Source: an uncultured Chthonomonadaceae bacterium
GTDB lineage: Bacteria > Armatimonadota > Chthonomonadetes > Chthonomonadales > Chthonomonadaceae
Assembly (NCBI GenBank): GCA_963817895.1
Contig: CAWFQB010000002.1
Span: 608,001 to 672,000, forward strand
DNA: 64,000 nt
Direction of reading: 5' to 3'
Shown: positions 28,995 to 40,061 of the stretch, one piece after another
How the letters are laid out: the number at the start of each line of letters is the position of its first letter
Numbering within the stretch: the stretch's first letter is position 1
Notes under the pieces: generated by a model
Databases searched by the model: none
What the model was told of the DNA's origin: nothing
The model's input: the letters and a program-made list of their open reading frames with translations, nothing else
Position numbers and translations under genes: made by a program

Positions 28995-31265
28995 CTAGTT
29001 GACGGCAGACGCGCCGGTTGCGGCGCGGCCTTTTTCCAGAACGCCGCGCGCTGTTACCAGGCGGTTGTGGGCATCCGTCAACTCTATCAGGGCGTCGGTG
29101 CGGGCGGCGCGGAGCGAATTGCTGATTTGCGCCTCATTGGAACCGATATACTTGCGCAGGTAGCCGATGGACTGCGCGAGCAGGGCCGCGCCCTGTCCGT
29201 AATGGGCGTGGGTCACGTCCTGTCCGGCGGCGGGCGGCAGTTTGTCCAGAAAGTCGGACGCGGCTTCGGTACGCTCTTTCAAGTCCGTCGCGTGCTGCAT
29301 CAGGTCGGCGTTGGCGCGTTTGCCCACGCCGCCAACAATTTCATTCACCTGATCCAGCATGTCCTTCATGCGCGATTCGAGCAGTAGCATGATCTCGAAA
29401 TAATCGCCCTGATACGTTTGCGTGTCGGTTGCCGGAGTCAGACTCCGCGCCCGCTCGATCTGCTGCAAACACGCGGCATACTGCGTGGTGTCACTGCCCG
29501 CCCGCGCCACCAGAACGCGCGCCAATCGGCGGTGCGGGAGGGGGCTTTTCGGATCGTTCTTTGCCGCGCTTTCAAACGCGGTCAGGGCTTCGGCAAACTG
29601 GCTGTCGCCCAGCAGAGCGTCGCCAAGCGCAACCTGCGCAGCCGTATCTTTCGGGTTTGCGGCAATCACGTCGCGCAGCATTTTAATGGCGTTGGCGGTA
29701 TCGCCCTTGCTGAACAGGCTGTTGGCGCGCAGGCGGGACAGGTCGGCGTCGTTCGGAGCCAATCGCGCTGCCCGCTCGATTTCCGATACGGCCATATCGG
29801 GCATTTGCCGATCCTGATAGGCGATAATCAGTTTTTTGCGCAGGTTCAAATCGCCCGGATTTTCGTTGATGGCCTGCCGCAGCGTTTCGATGGCGTTGGA
29901 CAGGTCGCCCGTCTGCCGATACCGATCCGCGATGGCCTCAAGATTTACTTTATCCGAGGGCGCAACCGGGGCTACCAGAGTCGGCTCGGTCAGCAGGCTC
30001 GCGCCCGCGTCCGTGTTCAGAATGGCAGGCTGATTTTTGCGGCTGTCCGGGTCGTTTTTGGGACGGGCATCGGTGACGAGCGGCAGGGCGGGCGGCGTGG
30101 CTGCCGAGGGTGTTTCCTGCGGGTTCGCGCCGTTGTTTCCATTGCCGCTCTCACCGGCAACAGGTGGATTTCCGGCAGTATTGCGGACAATCTGTGTATT
30201 GCGCGTATTTTTAGCAGGCTGCTTGCCCGGTTTCGCCGTCTTGTTTCTTCCACCTGAAGGCGTTTTCTCCGGCGTTACCGTATCCGTATCGGCGGGCGTG
30301 TTGTTCCGCGCCGCGCTGTTCCCGGTTGCCGCGTTCGCGCCGCTATCACCGGTACGGCTCGTTACCGGATTTCCTGTTTTTTCCGAAGTTCCCGCCGCGC
30401 CGCCCGTACTGCCTGCCGTTTTCTGACCGCCCGCGTTTGCGCTGTTATCGTTCTCGTTGGTCGTATCGGGCGTGTTTTTGGCGACAGCCGTATCGTCCTG
30501 CCCGTTGTCGCCGCTCTTATCTTTGCCGTTTTTGGCGACTTTGTCTTTTTTGCTTTTCTTCGGGTCCGTCTTGCCGATGATGCGGGTTTTATTGAGATGG
30601 ATGTTGTCGGCAAGATGGGAGGGGATGCCCAGATACCTGTCAATGTTGTCTACCATCAGCGCCAGCATCTGGTCATTTTTCAGGCGCATTTTGCCGATTT
30701 GCGCGTCTATGGTGAACGGCTGCGACAGGGGCGTAATCCACTGTTCCGAACCCGCGTCCTGCATCAGGCGCGCCTCGGTTTTCAGGCTGGCCTTGTCCAT
30801 GTCGCTGCTAACCATTAAAATGCTGCGCGCGCCGATGATACCGGCGAGTTTTTGCAGCGACGCGGGCGCAATGGGTTCGGCCAGTTCCGAGGCGGTAATG
30901 GCGTGTTCCAGCAGAGCGCGGCGGATACTGGGATGATCCGGGCTGTACAATATCACCTGATACTTGCGCGACTCGCGCACGGACGTTCGCAGCATCAGCG
31001 ACAACGCGCTATTCACATCGTCGCGCTTTGCGGGCGTTCCCACTGGCCGCTGCACGACGAGGAGCAGGATGGGCAGACCGTCGGGGGTGGCTGGTGGCTG
31101 GTGGTTGGTGGTTGGTGGCTGCGTATCATCAGTCTTCTGTTTTACGTCTTCAGTCTTTGGGTTGGCATCCTGCGCATACACGGGCGCGGGCATCAGCCAC
31201 GAACCGCCAGCCGCCAACCACCAACCACCAGCCACCAGCCACCCGCATTTCGTTAATTGCCGCAT
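28995..31265 (-). CDS. Secreted TPR-repeat protein with a long disordered linker
   Basis: Signal peptide ending VYA-Q; TPR motifs (AQVALGDALL, ALTAFESAAKNDP). Confidence 0.8.
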   Translation of the reverse strand: MRQLTKCGWLVAGGWWLAAGGSWLMPAPVYAQDANPKTEDVKQKTDDTQPPTTNHQPPATPDGLPILLLVVQRPVGTPAKRDDVNSALSLMLRTSVRESRKYQVILYSPDHPSIRRALLEHAITASELAEPIAPASLQKLAGIIGARSILMVSSDMDKASLKTEARLMQDAGSEQWITPLSQPFTIDAQIGKMRLKNDQMLALMVDNIDRYLGIPSHLADNIHLNKTRIIGKTDPKKSKKDKVAKNGKDKSGDNGQDDTAVAKNTPDTTNENDNSANAGGQKTAGSTGGAAGTSEKTGNPVTSRTGDSGANAATGNSAARNNTPADTDTVTPEKTPSGGRNKTAKPGKQPAKNTRNTQIVRNTAGNPPVAGESGNGNNGANPQETPSAATPPALPLVTDARPKNDPDSRKNQPAILNTDAGASLLTEPTLVAPVAPSDKVNLEAIADRYRQTGDLSNAIETLRQAINENPGDLNLRKKLIIAYQDRQMPDMAVSEIERAARLAPNDADLSRLRANSLFSKGDTANAIKMLRDVIAANPKDTAAQVALGDALLGDSQFAEALTAFESAAKNDPKSPLPHRRLARVLVARAGSDTTQYAACLQQIERARSLTPATDTQTYQGDYFEIMLLLESRMKDMLDQVNEIVGGVGKRANADLMQHATDLKERTEAASDFLDKLPPAAGQDVTHAHYGQGAALLAQSIGYLRKYIGSNEAQISNSLRAARTDALIELTDAHNRLVTARGVLEKGRAATGASAVN

Positions 31266-32708
31266 GATTTAATCCCTTTTTCGCAGACGCGGACGCCGTT
31301 GCGCGCGGTTTCGGGGTCGCGGGCTTCCAGCTTGCGGTACTCGTTGATGGCCCGCTCAAAATCGGATTTAGCGGAGGCAAGATCGTTCAGTTGTTGAAAG
31401 CAGAGAGCGCGTTGTTGCAGCACGTAGCCCATCTGGTCGCCCGCGCTGGCAAGCGACTTGGTAAAAGCGTCAATCGCGCCTTTGTAATCGCGCGAACGTT
31501 TTTTCTCATCGCCGAGCGCCAGAAAGGAGCGGGATTCCGTAGTTGTCCCCGGACCGGGCGGGGGAACGGTTTTCACTGCGCCGGTCGGAGTTTTGTCTAC
31601 CACGATGCGGCTGAAACCGTTGCCTTCACTTCCGCCCTCGTTCTTTTTGCCGGGAACATCCCCGGAGGTGACCTGCATGATGATCTTGCCGTTACCCTCG
31701 GTCCCATCCGGGTCGCCGGTCAGAACGACACGTCCACCATTACCGTCGTTGGCTGTATTGCCGGAATTGCCTCTGTTTGCGGTTGTTTTTGGCGGCTTTA
31801 TTCCCGGCAGGCGCGGGGAAGCGGGGGCGCTGGAAGCGGAAGGTACAGGCACATACCGGATCGGGCCTTGCTTGACAATCACGATAGGATTGGGGGAACC
31901 GGGCGGGTTCGCGCCCAATGTGGGCAGGTTGTTGGGTACAATCGGATTTACGCCGGGATTGTTTGCGCCGGGGCCGTTGGGAGCGGCGGGACCGGGCAGG
32001 TTTCCCGCCAGTCCGTTGGGTTTGCCTGTCGCTTTATCCGCTGTTGTTACCGGTAGGGTTGGCAATACGCCCGTACCCGGAGTGTTGGCGAGGACAGTGG
32101 GAGCGGGAGGATTGGCGCTGATGGCAGACGAACGAGCGGCAATATCGGAGTCAAGACGGAGTCGGAACGGCGGCTCGCGGACGGAATTGCAGGGCTACCA
32201 GTCCGCCCAACACGAACAGGGCGACCGCAATGCCCGCGCTTGTGAACCGCGCGTATCCCAGACCCGGAGCGGCCTGCGGGTCGGCCATGACCACGCGATG
32301 GGTTTTGCGCTCACTCCCCTGTTCGGCCTGCCCGCGCAGTTCGTCGAGTTTGACCCGATCCGCGATGCTGCCGGGATTGAGCTGCAACACGCGCTCGTAT
32401 TCGCGTATGGCCGCTTCGCGATCCCCCTGCTGCTCGTACAATTGGCCGAGGAGCGAATGGGCTGAAGTGCTGTCGTTGCGCAGGCGCAGGATTTCCTGAC
32501 ACAGCGCCATCGCGCCCTCCAGATTGTTCTCTTTGCGCAGGCGATAGGCGCGTTCCAGCAACGCGCTCACCTGCTCGTCTTCGGGCATGGCGCGCTCAAA
32601 CGCATCCTCGTTGATTTTGGCGGCGGCCGCGCGGTCGAGTTTTCCGCCGCACTGCTTGCAAAAGTTGCTGTCTGCCGCATTTTTGATACCGCATGAAGTA
32701 CAAAACAT
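31253..32708 (-). CDS. Zinc-ribbon + TPR membrane protein with Pro-rich linker and C-terminal TPR (frameshift near 32155)
   Basis: MFCTSCG...FCKQCG, AHSLLGQLY, TM, then ORF 31253..32065 ending in a TPR. Confidence 0.75.
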
Positions 32709-32752
32709 AAAAATTTCCTGTAGGGTGGCTAAACGGTCAAGGGTAAAGTCAG

Positions 32753-32778
32753 GTAGGGACACAACATGTTGTGTCCTT
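32753..32778. repeat. GTAG REP, third copy
   Basis: GTAGGGACACAACATGTTGTGTCCTT. Confidence 0.85.
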
Positions 32779-32976
32779 CACAGGCGCTTGCCGCGCCCTG
32801 TATAAACATTGCGCCCTGATTCGAGGAGTATCCAGGCAGAATTATAGCCCAAAATGCGGATTTTTTGCAAGCGCGTGGAACCGAATCACCATTCACATCG
32901 TAATTCTTTTGCTTTCCCGCCAAATGCGAGAATACCGGGCAAAAGCGCGTTTGTGGCGTTTGCCTGTCGAAGGCAA

Positions 32977-33005
32977 TTGACAAATTTTGCAACGCCGATT
33001 ATAAT
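32977..33005 (+). promoter_or_regulatory. Consensus sigma-70 promoter
   Basis: TTGACA-N17-TATAAT about 100 bp upstream of ATG 33109. Confidence 0.75.
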
Positions 33006-33108
33006 GACGTATTCAGCGGAAAGCGCAGTTCGTTTTTCGCCTGCCACATACTGCTTTGTTTATAGCGGATTAACTCCTTTAAGTTTGTTTTTGAGAAGGT
33101 CGTGATCT

Positions 33109-34821
33109 ATGTCTTCAGCGATTTCGGATACGCAATCCACGAATGTCCAGCAAATCGTAGTTTCGCTGGATCAGCCGGATTTGACTATCGAACCGGGCAG
33201 CGCCACGCGCCTTGTCGTCACCATGAGCAATCAGCAGACCGCGCCCGACCGCCTGCTTTTGGAAGTGGAAGGCATTGACATCGAATGGTACAACATTCCG
33301 GTTCCCGCCGTGAACGTTGCGCCCGGCGCGAGTGTCAGCGAACGCATCAATTTCAAAATGACCCGCAGCAGCGAAAACAGGGCGGGTTCGTATCCGTTTC
33401 TGGTGCGCGTGGTCGCGATGGAAACGGGCGAAGTCGGCATGGCGCAGGCTATGCTGATCGTGAAACCTTTCGATAGCCTACAGGTGGAAATGTCGCCGCG
33501 CCGCGCCGTCGCCTCGTTTTTCCATCCGCTCAACGATTTCGAGGTGACAGTCGCCAATGAGGGCAACGCGGAAGAGGCGCTGGAACTGTTTGCCAGCGAC
33601 CCGGAAGACGATTGCGCCTACGAATTCGACGTTGACCATCTGGTTCTCAAGCCGGGGCAAACGCAGACCATTCCAATGGCCGCGCGTCCCAAAGCCTCCG
33701 CATGGATCGGCAGTCCGCGCCTGTACAGTTTTAGCGTATCCGCGCGTTCCAGCGAGGACACGTACCTATCCGCTAAAACGCAGGGACAAATCGAGCGTCG
33801 CGCCCTTGTTTCGCCCTTTATGGGACTATTTCTGCTGCTGCTGGGATTGGGCGGGGGCGGCTACATGGCGTTTCGGCCCGCGCCGCTCGCCCCTGTAAGA
33901 ATGAACAACTTCGCGGCTACGACTTCGTCTGTCATGGAGGGCAAGCCGGTCACGCTCACATGGGATGTATCGGGCGACAAGCCGGTTATCAAACTATTCC
34001 ATACCATCGGCGAAAAAGGGACCGAAGTGGCGGACGGCGAACTGAACAAGAGTACGGGTAACGCGCAATATACTCCGGTCGGCCCGCAAACAATGTATAC
34101 GCTAAAAGTAACCGGGCCGGGGAATGAGGGCAAATGGCAGACCAAATCCATTACTGTCAATGTCACGGCCGCGCCCACCCCGCCTAAACCAACGCTGACG
34201 GATTTTTATGCGGATACCGGCAAAGTCCATGTTGGCGAACAGGTCATCTTTTCGTGGGTCGGGAAGAATGCCAACTCGTATATTCTCGATCCGGGCGGAT
34301 ACACGTTCAGCGGCCTGTCACATTCTACGCCCGTCGTGATGAACAACGTCGGCGACATCAAGTTCCAATTGAGCGCTATCAGCGCGGATAAGCATGTTCA
34401 GTCCGCGCCCAAAACGGTTAAAATCACGGTTGTTTCCAAAGAGCAATCGGTTGCCACGATTGTAGACTTTACCGCGCCCAAAACCGTCTACATTGGCGAA
34501 CCGTTCCGCCTGCGCTGGACCGCCAAACGAACCGCAACGGTTCGCATCGAGGACGACCGGGGCGACATCATCGGCAACAATCTGGAACCGTCCGGCAGTA
34601 TCGAAGCGAAAATTAATGACCATACCATCTATACCCTGACAGCGGCGGACAATCTGGGCAAAACCATCATCAAGCAGATTACGGTCGTCCCGCAAACAAA
34701 ACCCCTGCCGCCGCCCGAACCACTCCCCTCGCCCACGCCGGAGGGGGACAAGAACACGAACACTCCGCCCGCAACGCCGCCCAACGACAGCGCGAATCCG
34801 CTGACTCCGAAAGGGCAGTAG
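33109..34821 (+). CDS. Single-pass membrane protein with Ig-like beta-sandwich domains on both sides
   Basis: Beta-rich N-terminus, central TM (MGLFLLLLGLGGGGY), repeated VTLTW/YTLTA Ig-like units, Pro-rich tail. Confidence 0.75.
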   Translation: MSSAISDTQSTNVQQIVVSLDQPDLTIEPGSATRLVVTMSNQQTAPDRLLLEVEGIDIEWYNIPVPAVNVAPGASVSERINFKMTRSSENRAGSYPFLVRVVAMETGEVGMAQAMLIVKPFDSLQVEMSPRRAVASFFHPLNDFEVTVANEGNAEEALELFASDPEDDCAYEFDVDHLVLKPGQTQTIPMAARPKASAWIGSPRLYSFSVSARSSEDTYLSAKTQGQIERRALVSPFMGLFLLLLGLGGGGYMAFRPAPLAPVRMNNFAATTSSVMEGKPVTLTWDVSGDKPVIKLFHTIGEKGTEVADGELNKSTGNAQYTPVGPQTMYTLKVTGPGNEGKWQTKSITVNVTAAPTPPKPTLTDFYADTGKVHVGEQVIFSWVGKNANSYILDPGGYTFSGLSHSTPVVMNNVGDIKFQLSAISADKHVQSAPKTVKITVVSKEQSVATIVDFTAPKTVYIGEPFRLRWTAKRTATVRIEDDRGDIIGNNLEPSGSIEAKINDHTIYTLTAADNLGKTIIKQITVVPQTKPLPPPEPLPSPTPEGDKNTNTPPATPPNDSANPLTPKGQ

Positions 34822-34854
34822 TTGCGTGATAACCACTTGATGAGGAAAACAAAC

Positions 34855-35031
34855 ATGCCTTCTCTAACTGCCGACGATTTTGCGCGTCTTGTCACCCTGC
34901 ATATCCCCGAAACCGTATCCGCGCTGGCCTTTTCGCCGGACGGCACGCTCATCGCCGTTGCCGCCGGCGACAAAGTGCATGTCTATAAAATTCCGCCGCA
35001 AGTACAGAAACAGGCAAAGGATGAAGGATGA
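34855..35031 (+). CDS. 58-aa single WD40-blade protein
   Basis: GAGGA RBS; VSALAFSPDGTLIAVAAGDKVHVY. Confidence 0.6.
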   Translation: MPSLTADDFARLVTLHIPETVSALAFSPDGTLIAVAAGDKVHVYKIPPQVQKQAKDEG

Positions 35032-35065
35032 AAATGCTTCATCCTTCATCCTTCATTCTTCATCC
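35019..35065. repeat. (GGATGAA)2 ... (TTCATCC)4 inverted-pair repeat between convergent genes
   Basis: Read directly from the sequence; supplies the stop codon of the WD40 ORF. Confidence 0.8.
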
Positions 35066-35067
35066 TT

Positions 35068-35823
35068 TTATTTGAGCGTTCGCTGAAAGAACATTGCGGC
35101 GTCGCGGATGTTGGCGGGGGACAGCAGGTTGGTTCCGTGTTCGGAGCCGGTCGAGAGGCGCAGGGCGTGGTCGCGGCCTGACAGAGATTGCGTGATTTGT
35201 TTCGGCCCGCTTCCGGCAATAGCGTCGTTCTTGTCGTGGTAAATGACGACTGCGCCCTTGAACTTGCGCGCGGGGGCCAGCGCGTCCAGTCCGTGATAGT
35301 TCGCGCCGGGTGAAAACAGCGCGACGCTTTTAATCTGGTCGGGATGGGCGGCAGCGTAAATCAGGGCGTTGTTCGCGCCATACGATGCGCCCGCCAGTCC
35401 TGTCGGCAACTTGTCCTTCAACGACGCAATGGCGGCGGCAATGTCACCCGATGTGGGCCAGGGCGCGTTTTCGCCGCTTTCTCCCGGTCCCTGCGTCGAG
35501 CGTCCCGCCCCCCGCTGGTCAATCGCAAGCGCGTTAATGTGTGCCGCCTGCAATGCGCGGCATAAGGGAACCCAATCGCTGCCCTGCCCGCCCCGCTGAT
35601 GCAGCAGAACCACATTGCCCTGCGCTTTGCCCGCAGCCGCGTACAAATCCCCCGCTATCGTCCAGCCGTCCGCCGTTTTGAACGTAACGCCTTGCGCCGC
35701 CTCTGTTTTTTGCCCCTTCGCACTCGGTTCTCCCGCCGTCGCCTGCCGCCCCGATTGACAGCCCATTGCCGCGCTCATCCCAATCAGCCCAACTATTTTC
35801 AGCAAACTTGTATTATTTCGCAT
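35068..35823 (-). CDS. Alpha/beta hydrolase lipoprotein
   Basis: Lipobox-like AAMGC, IDQRGAG, GASYG nucleophile elbow, EHG. Confidence 0.85.
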   Translation of the reverse strand: MRNNTSLLKIVGLIGMSAAMGCQSGRQATAGEPSAKGQKTEAAQGVTFKTADGWTIAGDLYAAAGKAQGNVVLLHQRGGQGSDWVPLCRALQAAHINALAIDQRGAGRSTQGPGESGENAPWPTSGDIAAAIASLKDKLPTGLAGASYGANNALIYAAAHPDQIKSVALFSPGANYHGLDALAPARKFKGAVVIYHDKNDAIAGSGPKQITQSLSGRDHALRLSTGSEHGTNLLSPANIRDAAMFFQRTLK

Positions 35824-35837
35824 GAGGCTCTCCCTGT

Positions 35838-35942
35838 GATTGTCTTGAACCATGATTTATGTGATTAAATGATTACCATGATGAACGCGCCTCCTCAATC
35901 ATGGAAATCCTCTAATCACATAAATCATGGTTCAAGACAATC
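35838..35942. repeat. GAACCATGATTT palindromic element, copy 2
   Basis: 30-bp perfect IR (35838-35867 / 35913-35942). Confidence 0.88.
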
Positions 35943-35947
35943 TATTC

Positions 35948-38900
35948 CTAACTTGAAATGGTAACGGTCAACTTCTGGCCCGCCTTCATGCTCAGGGGAT
36001 GCGCGAATTTCAGATGCAGGCTGTTGTTCTCCTGATACAGTGTGGTGAGAACGCTTCGCTGCGCCAGTTGCGCCGTCGCCGTAAACTTCGCCGCATTGCC
36101 TCCCGTTGGAGCAGACAGGCGCAGTTCGTTGAGCGTTAGGGTTCCGTAATCCAGCAGCAACGTGTTTTCCTGCGCCAAATTGGTTTTGGATTGCGGCTTT
36201 TGCTCGTTCTGCCGGTTTGCGACGACTGCCTGCGCCTGCGTCGCGTTTGCGACTGAAGGGCGTGTTTGTGTAAACCGGCCCCATCCCTGCGCGGTCGTGA
36301 ACAGGCTGCGAAAATCGTGGGGCGACAGTCGGGGCGCAAGACGTAATATGCCCTTTGGCCCGTGATACTCATAACCGGACGCCGCAAGAAGCAGGGACCA
36401 GCTTGCCATTGCCCGCCCGTAATGGTCGCTGCATTCGATTTCATTCCACGGGTTGCGCTTGATGCCGTCGTATCGGGCGCGAACGGCCTCCACGAGTTTC
36501 AGCGCGTCCTCAGTCATGCCCTCATACAGCAGATGCGCGGCGACCTGATATTCTACGCCCGTCCAGACCTCATCACAGTACAGAATCGGCGCGACTTTTT
36601 CCGGCCTGCCGCCGCGCGGCCACGTACAGCACACCAACCCCTGATCTTTTCCGTTGGCGAACACGCGCTGGCCGTGATAGTCCCAACGGGTGAAATCCGC
36701 TATGAAGTTGTGCTTCATCATCGCGGCAAGCGCGGTTTTCACCTTTTCGGGGGATAGTATCGGCCCCAGTCCAACGACATGCGCCCACCATTGCCCCAAT
36801 ACCTGATCGGCGTGGCATCCCGGTCCGTACTGCGTGGGCGTGGTCAGATAGGCGTCGAAAACCTGCTGATAATACTCCCCATTCCAGCAGATTTTGTCGC
36901 AGTTTTCCCGGCCTTTCTCGTACAAAGCATGGTAACGAGCGGCGGTTTCCGGCTCCTTCTGCTCCCGCGCCATCTCTTCCGCCGCGCGCAGGGCGGCGAG
37001 ATATTGTGAGGAGATAAATGAGTTGTGTCCGAACACGTCACAATCGTAGGTGTTCGGCTGACGCCCCTCCACAAGCCCGTCGCCATTGGCGTCGTACACC
37101 CGAACGGCAAAGTCCATCGCCTTTTTCACGGCAGGCCAGTAGGTGTTCAGAAAACGGTTGTCCGCGCTTTGCAGATGTTCGCGGTACGCCTTGCAGATCG
37201 TGCTTAGATGCCCGTCTGTGAACGGCCCGGTCGCGCGGGGAACGTCGAGCGGCAGCTGCACCCGATGCCGAACGCCACCGTCCTCCTGTAATTGAACGGT
37301 CAAATCGGTATCGCGGACATTGCGCTCCAGTTCAGGAAACAGTTTCGCCAGCGTTTGCGCGTAGTTATAAACGTGCGTACAATTCATGGGACAGCAGCCG
37401 AGTCCTTCGTAGGCGACCCACCTGCCGTTTTCAATCCACATCGAGGTTTGAGTGCGCGGTATGCACATTTGCGACGAAATGGCGTCCCGAACCACATACG
37501 GCAGCGTACTGTCGAACAGCGAATGGTGAAACCGCTTTGTCTCTTCGTACAATCGCTTGTCGTTCTTGTGCAGATACGCCACAACCGCGCCCGCATAGGC
37601 AAACCAGTTGTTATACATGTTGCCGAGCCGGTACTTCACCTCGTACTCGCCCACATTGCTACCGAAACCGACATCCATTGTGCGGTCACGGTAGCGGTTC
37701 GGGAAATGCCAGCCGAGCGTGAAAACGATTTCGGTTTCCTGTCCGGCCTGCAACGTAAACTGTGAGGCAATCGCGCCGTTCCACGTTTTGCCGGGTTCGG
37801 CGGGCGTAGAGGGTGTGGGATCGAGCCTCCCGTCCGACTGAAAATCCTGCCAGAAAGCGTCCAGCGTATCCCACTGTTCGCGCCGGGTGACATTGCCGCT
37901 TCCCGAAACGCCAAGCGCCATGCTTCCCCACTGCGGATGCGAACTCGCCAGGCCCTCCCCGGCCATTTGCGCGGATTGGAATGTATGTTCGGGTGAGGCC
38001 AACGCCCTTGCCATCAGGCTGCCCAGGAACGCGCGCCGCTTCTGGAACGCCGCCGCATCGGAAGTAAACCACTGCTCCAGACCGGTCAGCAGCAGTACCG
38101 CCTTCCCTTTGCCATGCGTCCATTCGACTGCAAACGGCTGCCCGTTTCTGAGGCGATGAACAACCGCGTCTGGTCGGGCATGAAAATCAATAAGAATGGC
38201 GTTGTCCGCAACGGTCAGGCTCTGCCCTGCCGCCCCGTCCGCAGCCGGAAGTCCGAAAAATTCAACTGGCGCGTCGGCGTCATTGGCCGCGCGCGTTTGT
38301 CCGCCTGGACGCGCCACATTGGTATACGTAAACGGCAGAAAGGCGCGTATCTTCGCCTTTTGTTCGGGCGTAACACCCGAACGCGCAATAATGCTGTCGC
38401 TGAACACAATGTCGTCAATGTTGATGTGTCCCCAGGCGTCCGCGCGCGTATCCACGATTTCAATTTGCGCCATCTGCCCGTGAAACTCGCCCACATCCCA
38501 TTTTTCCGGGCGCAGTTTTTCCTCATTATGCCCCACTTCGGTTCGTGCCACTTTGCCGCCAACGCGCAGGTTGATGCACGTTTGACCGGCATGATTGCCG
38601 CCGCCGATGAGAAAATGGATATACTGCCGCTCAATGGTAAACGGTTTCGACGTGAGTTTGCCGGTTGCCGCGTCGCCATTCAGATACGTGTTGACTAATC
38701 CCTGCCCGCCGAACCCGGACACGTTCTGCTGGCTCCCCAATGTCCCACGCGCCGGCCCGGTTCCGAACGCATCCCCCTCAACCGTCCACTTCGCCGCATC
38801 ATACGTTTTTGCTTCAAAGTTTTCATACACGATGTCCGTAGAAGCCGTTGTATCGGGCAATCCCGCTGCCAGCAACTGCGCCCCGCCCAATATCAGCAGG

Positions 38901-39896
38901 CTGCCGCCGCCCGCGACAAACGTGTCCAGCGCGTCCCAATTCCCCCCCGGCTCCAAGTCGTCAATGACTGCGATTTTAGATTTTAGATTTTGGATTTTAG
39001 ATTGAGTTCTCCTCTTCTCCTTTTCTCCTTTTCTCCTTTTCTTCCTGAAGCGTCAACTCCTTCGGCACGGCGGATAGATTGGGGAAGAAGCGCAGGTCTA
39101 GATTGTGGAAGAGGCGGGACAGGCGGGCCGCGCTGCGGGAACTGGTCAGCATTACAACCGGCGCGGAAAAAGAACCGCTGTGCCGGTTGGTTCTGGTGGT
39201 CAGATGCAGCAGGTGCAGGTTATCGCGCTTCTCATACTGGTTGACGTTGCCCCGGCACTCCTCATAGGAGCCGAAGCCGTCAAAACCGACGGCATTCTGG
39301 CACGTTTGCGCAAGGGATACCTGCACGGCTTCGCGCCCGGTATTCTTCACCTTAAAGCGGAAGACAACGCCGGGAACGCCGCTGTCGCGCGTATTGAGCG
39401 GAATGAACGGGCAGTACGTTTCGCAGGTGACGGCAAGGGGAAGCGCGTCGTCTTTGTAGGTGAGCCAGGCGAACGGGTATTCGCCCCGAAACTCCACGTC
39501 CTGCACGGTCGGCAGTTTGCCGGGGGAATCCAGTTGCAGCAGGCGGGCCGAAGCGGGTTTGCCCTCGGCTTTGGCCCATAGCGCGAAGAACGTGGCGGGC
39601 AATTGCGCCGACGGGTTGCAGTGGTTGAAAATCTGCCAGTTGCGCAGGTTTCCCCCGCCCCCTATCGCCACATTGCCCGCGCCCAATCCGCCCATCGGCA
39701 TGGCGACCTGCGCCAGCCGCCTGCCGCGATACACGCCGGGTTCTTCCGGTTTGCGGGCAGTAACGTTTGCTTCCTGCGCTTCAGTTGCGGCAGTCGCCGT
39801 TGCCGCCAGCGTGGTTCCCGCGCATGCCCGCCCCACAAACCCGATAAATCCGCGCCGATCCATTTCGCTCATAAGGTTCTCCGTTGGTTGACTCAC
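35948..39896 (-). CDS. Tat-exported GH116 family glycoside hydrolase with an inserted lectin-like module; frameshift in the repeat tract at 38972-39045
   Basis: DRRGF; PMGGLGAG...NWQIFN (GH116 N-terminal domain); CTHVYNY, PNTYD, EVWTGVEY, NPWNEIEC. Confidence 0.85.
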
Positions 39897-39998
39897 TGCT
39901 TTGCAATTATAGTGAAACTTGCCGCAGATGTCAATAGCCCCTATCTTTGTTTATGCGCTCGATGTCAGAAGCGTAACCTGAATTGAGCAGCACAAAAA

Positions 39999-40046
39999 GC
40001 CCCTCCCCCAGCGCGTTGCGCGGCAAGGAGAGGGGCTGAGGTGAGG
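39999..40046. repeat. CCCCTCCCC...GGAGAGGGG..GGTGAGG repeat downstream of recA
   Basis: Shares the GCGCGTTGCGCGGC core and tail with 327-374. Confidence 0.75.
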
Positions 40047-40061
40047 TACTCCAGAACGACG

